This document shows, one piece after another, positions 6,909 through 11,259 of a DNA stretch of 11,259 bases. Every line of letters starts with the position of its first letter. The stretch's first letter is position 1. The position numbers and the translations under genes are program-made. Source of the stretch: Bdellovibrionia bacterium (GTDB lineage: Bacteria > Bdellovibrionota > UBA1018); the NCBI GenBank assembly GCA_045805065.1, contig JBJMMA010000019.1:1-11259 (forward strand), read 5' to 3'. Under the pieces are notes generated by a model, which was given only the letters and a program-made list of their open reading frames with translations, was not told where the DNA came from and did no database searches.

Positions 6909-7130
6909 CAAGGCCCACCACATCGCCCATTTCATCCCCCGAAAACCGATGCAGACATATTTCAGTCTCATTTTAAAAGTTAATTAGAATGGATTCACTT
7001 CAGCCATGATGGCGAGCGGAAGTGAAAAGGCAGGATGCCTGCTCCATTCTAATTAACTTTTAAAATGAGACTGAAATATGTCTGAACCGAATTTTTCGAT
7101 TTGATGAAATGGGAGAAGTGGTGGGCCTTG
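6909..7130. repeat. Long inverted repeat/foldback overlapping the tRNA 3' end; perfect 42-bp inner arms
   Basis: 6952-6993 (CAGACATATTTCAGTCTCATTTTAAAAGTTAATTAGAATGGA) is the exact reverse complement of 7043-7084. Outer blocks also pair: 6909-6921/7118-7130 (13 bp), 6926-6936/7103-7113 (11 bp), 6940-6945/7093-7098 (6 bp). Confidence 0.97.
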
Positions 7131-7195
7131 TAGGACTTGAACCTACGACCAATCCGTTATGAGCGGACCGCTCTAACCGGCTGAGCTAAAGGCCC
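7119..7195 (-). tRNA. tRNA-Ile2 (anticodon CAU, lysidine-modified, reads AUA); elongator tRNA-Met less likely
   Basis: 77 nt GGGCCTTTAGCTCAGCCGGTTAGAGCGGTCCGCTCATAACGGATTGGTCGTAGGTTCAAGTCCTACAAGGCCCACCA. Acceptor stem GGGCCTT/AAGGCCC, anticodon loop CT-CAT-AA, T-arm GTAGG-TTCAAGT-CCTAC, encoded CCA. G1:C72 is paired, so it is not the initiator. C4:G69 and C5:G68 match known TilS recognition pairs. Confidence 0.93.
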
Positions 7196-7203
7196 CCGAC
7201 ATC

Positions 7204-7212
7204 AAGCTAGCA
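7204..7212 (-). promoter_or_regulatory. Putative extended -10 promoter (TG-C-TAGCTT) for the tRNA
   Basis: The minus strand reads TGCTAGCTT, ending 8 nt before tRNA position 1, inside the 25-nt gap after the esterase stop. Confidence 0.45.
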
Positions 7213-7220
7213 CAACGTGA

Positions 7221-8225
7221 TCAAAACGAAAACAAAAGCTGCGCAGCCATTTGTGATGCGCTAGGGCCTGCTGGATCGGAAAAAGTGATTCCTCCGGTTC
7301 CACCGCTCCAGGCGTGAGGCATTTCATCCACAATCACTTCACGAATTTGCTCACGGCCATTTCCGCCGTAACTGAATACTTCAAAGGCATGGCCGCCTGG
7401 GACTTGGCCTTTTTCGGATTTGATCACGGCGCTCGTTTGAGATCCGTTTTTTTGACCATCGTCCAAAAGGTCATTCATCTGTGTGAACTGCTCGATGATG
7501 CGAGGAGCGTTCTTAGGATTTACAACCGGGTCAGCTGCGCCTTGAATCACTAAAAGCTTGGCCATGCGAGCGCCAGCCCCGGTGCAGCTGGCGCCTTCCA
7601 AGGCCGTTGCTGCAAGATCATGCTTGGGAGTCTGAGTCATTGCAACGTAAGCTTCACGGATATCGGATGCGGCCTTGTACTCAAGACCTGCATCCAGAAT
7701 TCCAACAGAGAAAAGATCCGAATGGCAGGCAATCAGATTTGAGGTGAGGGCAGCACCAGCCGATAGACCTGCCACTCCAATGTGGCGAGGATGAATGGGG
7801 ATCATTCTGCGAACTTCATCTACCATTCCGGTGATGATTCCTAGCTCTCCTCCGCCGCGAACCGCATTGTCGCGAAGGAACCAGTTCCAACAGTTCGAAG
7901 AGTTACTTGCCTTGTCTTGTTCAGGATAAAGAACGACAAACCCCATTTGATCAGCCAGCGTATTCATTCGCGTGGACTGTGCAAAAACGGCTGCTGATTG
8001 TCCGCAACCATGAAGCATGACCATCAAAGGAACCGGAGTCCCTTTACGAAGTCCTTGAGGAACATAGACGTAATAGTTGCGCTGACCGTAAGAGTTTTGA
8101 AATGTTCTCTGGGTCCAGCTTCCGTTTCCGTCCGGGCTTGCATCTGAAGCAAAGCATGTCGAGCCGGCAGAAAGGGTCGTGAGAGCCATGCAGACCGAAA
8201 ACAAGGTAGCGAACTTGGATGTCAT
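7221..8225 (-). CDS. Secreted PHB depolymerase-family (LpqC/type-1 catalytic domain) alpha/beta-hydrolase esterase
   Basis: Signal-peptide-like N-terminus, oxyanion MLHGCGQ, YPEQ...CWNWF, lipase box GLSAG, Asp region QGAADPVV and His region MPHAWSGG. No linker or substrate-binding domain. Confidence 0.88.
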   Translation of the reverse strand: MTSKFATLFSVCMALTTLSAGSTCFASDASPDGNGSWTQRTFQNSYGQRNYYVYVPQGLRKGTPVPLMVMLHGCGQSAAVFAQSTRMNTLADQMGFVVLYPEQDKASNSSNCWNWFLRDNAVRGGGELGIITGMVDEVRRMIPIHPRHIGVAGLSAGAALTSNLIACHSDLFSVGILDAGLEYKAASDIREAYVAMTQTPKHDLAATALEGASCTGAGARMAKLLVIQGAADPVVNPKNAPRIIEQFTQMNDLLDDGQKNGSQTSAVIKSEKGQVPGGHAFEVFSYGGNGREQIREVIVDEMPHAWSGGTGGITFSDPAGPSASQMAAQLLFSF

Positions 8226-8277
8226 AAATATTCCCCCAGATAGGGAAAGATTTATGAAAATAGCGGAAATCTGTCAA
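8222..8277 (-). promoter_or_regulatory. Upstream control region of the esterase: TTGACA -35 plus an inverted repeat covering RBS and start codon
   Basis: TTGACA on the minus strand at 8277-8272, with a weak -10 (TAAATC at 17 bp). Inverted repeat TCATAAAT(8222-8229)/ATTTATGA(8250-8257) with inner TTCCC(8231-8235)/GGGAA(8243-8247). Confidence 0.5.
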
Positions 8278-8300
8278 AGAGAACGTAAGGAAGGCGCTGA

Positions 8301-8996
8301 CTAGCTGTGTTGTTTTCGAAGATCGCGATAATACTCAAGATACTTCGACATGACGCGGGTCGGATAGTCTTTTGGCCAAACTTGTTTTGCCAGGGCGCGG
8401 TTCACATTAGTTGCGCCCATATTATAAGCGGAGAGATACAGTCTGCCGTGCGAGTCGAATTGTTTTCTCAGATAAGCCAGATACGCGGCGCCAATCTTGA
8501 TGTTCATGACGGGATCGTGGAGGCACTTTTTAGTGATCTTGATCTGCCAGCCCTCGCGTTGAGCGATCCAGCGTGCAGTCTCAGGAAGAATCTGCATCAT
8601 TCCAATTTCGCCTGAGGTCCCTTTTGCAAGCGGGTTAAAGCTGCTCTCGCTTTGAATCACGGCCATTAAAAAAATCGGGTCAAAACCATGCGCTCTGCTT
8701 TCAGCAAGAATGGCTTTTGCCACCCCGCGAGCGTGGCGATGATATTTGCCTTTCATTGCTTCGTCGGTCCATTCGAGGACATGGGAGCTCAGATCATCAA
8801 TATTCTCAGCGCGCTTGACGATGCTGTGAGTGTAATAGGAGCCCATGAGTTCGCGGGCCTGCACAAGGCGGGGACTCTGGGTTGTAGCTTGCTGAGAGGC
8901 ATCTGCAGGAGCGCCAAAAATAAAGATCAATAAGAACGCACTGAACGTGATTCCCATCCAAGCAAAGCGGTTGATCTGTGATTTCGTGATGCCCAT
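8301..8996 (-). CDS. Lytic transglycosylase (SLT domain) with N-terminal signal/TM anchor
   Basis: Motif I AVIQSESSFNP (catalytic Glu), motif II GMMQILPETA, NIKIGAAYL, motif III SAYNMG, and a hydrophobic N-terminal segment. The ORF track starts at 9119; ATG 8996 (or 8957) is more plausible. Confidence 0.9.
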   Translation of the reverse strand: MGITKSQINRFAWMGITFSAFLLIFIFGAPADASQQATTQSPRLVQARELMGSYYTHSIVKRAENIDDLSSHVLEWTDEAMKGKYHRHARGVAKAILAESRAHGFDPIFLMAVIQSESSFNPLAKGTSGEIGMMQILPETARWIAQREGWQIKITKKCLHDPVMNIKIGAAYLAYLRKQFDSHGRLYLSAYNMGATNVNRALAKQVWPKDYPTRVMSKYLEYYRDLRKQHS

Positions 8997-9150
8997 ACCC
9001 AATATGAATGCAAGGAGAGGGCCCGCTTTTTCGCCTTTAGAATCAACGACGTGTCCATTGTGACACTCTCTAAGTTTTAGACTGGATGTAAATTTTCTAG
9101 GTAGCGCTGAATCGCTCATTAGCGCCGTTTGATGCGCTTTCAGGCGTGGT

Positions 9151-10254
9151 TTATGCGCTTTTACGTTTATCAGGATGAGCCAGGCGTTTTGCCAAAGCAG
9201 GATCGTCGCGCTCCGAAAGAAGATCTCCCAGAGGCTTCAGGGAAGGTGAGGCGGATAATAAGATTCGAAAGATCGCTAAATAAGGCAGGCTCAAAAACAT
9301 TCCGGCCACGCCCCAGAGCCTTTCTCCTGCCAGAAGGCCAATGAAGGTGGTGAGCAAATTGAGGTTGATCCGCTTTCCCACCCACTTGGGTGTGAAGACA
9401 TGGGATTCGAGCGCGGAGATCACGGCAAGGCCAGCAAAAAGGAAAATCGTTTTAAGAAGCGAGTTCCCGGAGATCAAGGAGATGAGGAGAGTGGGGGTCA
9501 GGGCAATAATGAAGCCCACAGCCGGAATCAGAGTCATCACGCCTAAAAAAACCGCAAGAAGGATAAAGTATTCGACGTGAAAGGCACGGAGGATAATGAG
9601 GTCAGCCAGTGCAACAAGGAGAACCAGGGCAAGTCTCGCGACCAGAAATCGTTCGATGAGGAGCATCGATTCTTCTAGGATCGCGTGATACTGAGGCATC
9701 TTCCACGTATCAAACGCATGGTCGAGACCGCGCCTCAGAGAGTGGCGAGAGATGACCATGACAACGCCAAGCAAGATCACAATCAGTACCTCTGAGCCCA
9801 ATGAAAGAAGTGCGTGCAGTCCTTCAAGCAGATACCGAAACCCCTGGCTTGCCTCGTTTGCGGCTCGTTGCCGAAGCGTTGAGCCTTGCATGACGTTCTC
9901 CAAGTGAAACCTGTTGCCGAATGAAGATCTTGAGATCTGATCCCAATGCTTTTGCAGGGTATCCATCATCGCGGGCGAGTTGCGAATGAAGTGGTCGATC
10001 TCAACTGATAGAAAATAGCCGAGAGTAAAAATGGGCGCGACCACAGCAACGACCGAGATCACGATAGCCAGCCAGTCGGGAATCCGGAGAAGCCGAAGCG
10101 CGTGCACCAAGGGGGTCATGATGAATGCAAGAAGCGCTGCAAAGCTGAGCGGGACAAGAAAGCTTTGAGCCTCTCGAGCGCCCCACAGCGTCAGTGTCAG
10201 AAGGCTCAGGATGATCAGAGTGATAGGAATGCGAGGTGCCAGGCGGCTTTCCAT
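9151..10254 (-). CDS. AI-2E family (PerM/TqsA-like) inner-membrane transporter
   Basis: Multi-TM protein with family-typical LVPLSFAALLAFIMTPLV, LIPAVG, ESHVFTPKWVGKRINLN and LWGVAGMFLSLP. AAGGA SD upstream of ATG 10254. The ORF-track start at 10314 overlaps the upstream gene. Confidence 0.88.
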   Translation of the reverse strand: MESRLAPRIPITLIILSLLTLTLWGAREAQSFLVPLSFAALLAFIMTPLVHALRLLRIPDWLAIVISVVAVVAPIFTLGYFLSVEIDHFIRNSPAMMDTLQKHWDQISRSSFGNRFHLENVMQGSTLRQRAANEASQGFRYLLEGLHALLSLGSEVLIVILLGVVMVISRHSLRRGLDHAFDTWKMPQYHAILEESMLLIERFLVARLALVLLVALADLIILRAFHVEYFILLAVFLGVMTLIPAVGFIIALTPTLLISLISGNSLLKTIFLFAGLAVISALESHVFTPKWVGKRINLNLLTTFIGLLAGERLWGVAGMFLSLPYLAIFRILLSASPSLKPLGDLLSERDDPALAKRLAHPDKRKSA

Positions 10255-10303
10255 GCGGCGAGTCCTTGAAAAAGGAGTGCCAAAGTTGGGACCTGGCCTG
10301 AGA

Positions 10304-11259
10304 TTATTGCGCAACCGCAGAGACGCCTGTTGGCGCTTGGATATAGGAGAGAGCGTTCATTGCGTTCACTGCTTTTCCAGTTTTGGTTTTTCCGGAAAGG
10401 GCTGAAAGGGATACGCCATGCTTAATGGCAGCAACGACATCTGCGTACGTAAAGTTTGGATTGTAGGCAAAGATCATCGCAGCCAAGCCCGCGACATGCG
10501 GCGTTGCCATCGAGGTGCCTTCCAAGACGTTGTAATGGGCTGTGTCGTAGTTGCTTTTCATGACCTGAAACTCCAGAAAGGCGACGCCCGTTTTCTGGGT
10601 GCTTGCGTTGCTGGTAAAACGAAGGCCAATCGTGCAGGTTGTGGTCAAGCACGAAGAGGAAACAGAAAGCTCGCCATCGTAATAAGTGCTGGTTCCGCTG
10701 TCGGAGCTGATCTGAGATCCGTTCGTCACGGGATCCCCACCGCTGCCCGAATTGTAGATGCGGAACAAGTCCGCGCTCGCTTCAGTGTCCAGGTCAACCA
10801 AGTAAGCAAGCGTGGCTTTGGTTGCACCTGACAGATTGAATGTCTTGTAAACATGGTGATCAGCGTTGGCAGAATAAGTAATACTGCCGTCCCAGTTAGA
10901 GGGATTCACCAGGGATGGATAGCCCACTCCACCTGAGTAAAGCGTCTCCAGCCCCCATCCACCGCTGTTGGGTGTGTAAGTCCAGCCTGAGCTGAAATTA
11001 TCAGCAATCGCTGTCACCAGGTAAGGCCACGTGCTGGCGATATTAACGCCAGGAGCTGCAACATCCACCGTGGTCGCACCATAGTTCGAAAAAGATGCGA
11101 GTCCGTACGCTTGGTCTAAGGCAGCGACACAGATCAGATTCGCCTTCGAGAAATTGCAAGGGTACGAAGGTGTCGTATCATTGTTAGTGCCATCATTGCC
11201 TGCCGCCACCACGACTACGACTCCGCTCGTTCTTGCATTATCGATGGCAGTCCCCATGG
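10304..11259 (-). CDS. S8 subtilase-family serine protease, C-terminal part (5' end beyond the window), with an inserted beta-rich domain
   Basis: Oxyanion VVVAAGNDG, ASFSNYG..VDVAAPGVNI, catalytic Ser motif GTSMATPHVAG. The Asp and His motifs are absent, so the gene starts outside the window. Confidence 0.92.
   Translation of the reverse strand, partial: MGTAIDNARTSGVVVVVAAGNDGTNNDTTPSYPCNFSKANLICVAALDQAYGLASFSNYGATTVDVAAPGVNIASTWPYLVTAIADNFSSGWTYTPNSGGWGLETLYSGGVGYPSLVNPSNWDGSITYSANADHHVYKTFNLSGATKATLAYLVDLDTEASADLFRIYNSGSGGDPVTNGSQISSDSGTSTYYDGELSVSSSCLTTTCTIGLRFTSNASTQKTGVAFLEFQVMKSNYDTAHYNVLEGTSMATPHVAGLAAMIFAYNPNFTYADVVAAIKHGVSLSALSGKTKTGKAVNAMNALSYIQAPTGVSAVAQ

Noticed and set aside
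6909..6921. attL/attR of a tRNA-integrated prophage or genomic island
   Set aside because: The tRNA 3'-end copy is inverted rather than direct, lies only ~200 bp away, and no integrase or phage genes are in the window.
6756..6971. 71-aa minus-strand ORF starting in the repeat arm
   Set aside because: It overlaps the kinase antisense, has no SD or recognisable motif, and derives from the repeat sequence.
6952..7084. CRISPR mini-array, retron ncRNA or protelomerase site
   Set aside because: The repeats are inverted rather than direct, no cas, reverse transcriptase or protelomerase gene is present, and the palindrome is interrupted by a 49-nt centre.
6952..7084. Ordinary Rho-independent terminator as a full explanation
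   Set aside because: The stem is far longer and more AT-rich than typical terminators and has no immediately adjacent U-tract. A terminating role is possible but does not explain the anti-tRNA arm.
7119..7195. Initiator tRNA-fMet
   Set aside because: G1:C72 is paired and the anticodon stem lacks the three consecutive G:C pairs. The acceptor stem fits Ile2.
10418..10831. 137-aa + strand ORF and other short ORFs inside the right-hand genes
   Set aside because: Antisense or alternative-frame shadows of well-supported CDSs.

Overview
A GC-rich bacterial chromosomal segment with no integrase, transposase, reverse transcriptase or CRISPR array. The gene content resembles Bdellovibrionota/Oligoflexia-type predators, which is an inference only. 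Left to right: a secreted six-bladed NHL beta-propeller with repeated Cys-pair loop inserts (-); an HD-GYP phosphohydrolase with altered motifs (-), divergent from two abutting paralogous Crp/Fnr-like proteins with degenerate cNMP pockets and an orphan membrane histidine kinase (+); tRNA-Ile2(CAU) (-); then four co-oriented (-) genes for a secreted PHB-depolymerase-family esterase, an SLT lytic transglycosylase, an AI-2E (PerM-like) transporter and the C-terminal part of an S8 subtilase. The most unusual element is non-coding. Between the kinase stop codon and the tRNA lies a ~220-bp inverted repeat (6909-7130). It has a perfect AT-rich 42-bp inner stem, two small hairpins in its 49-nt centre (Y/T shape), and an outer arm that is an inverted copy of the tRNA 3' acceptor/CCA end.
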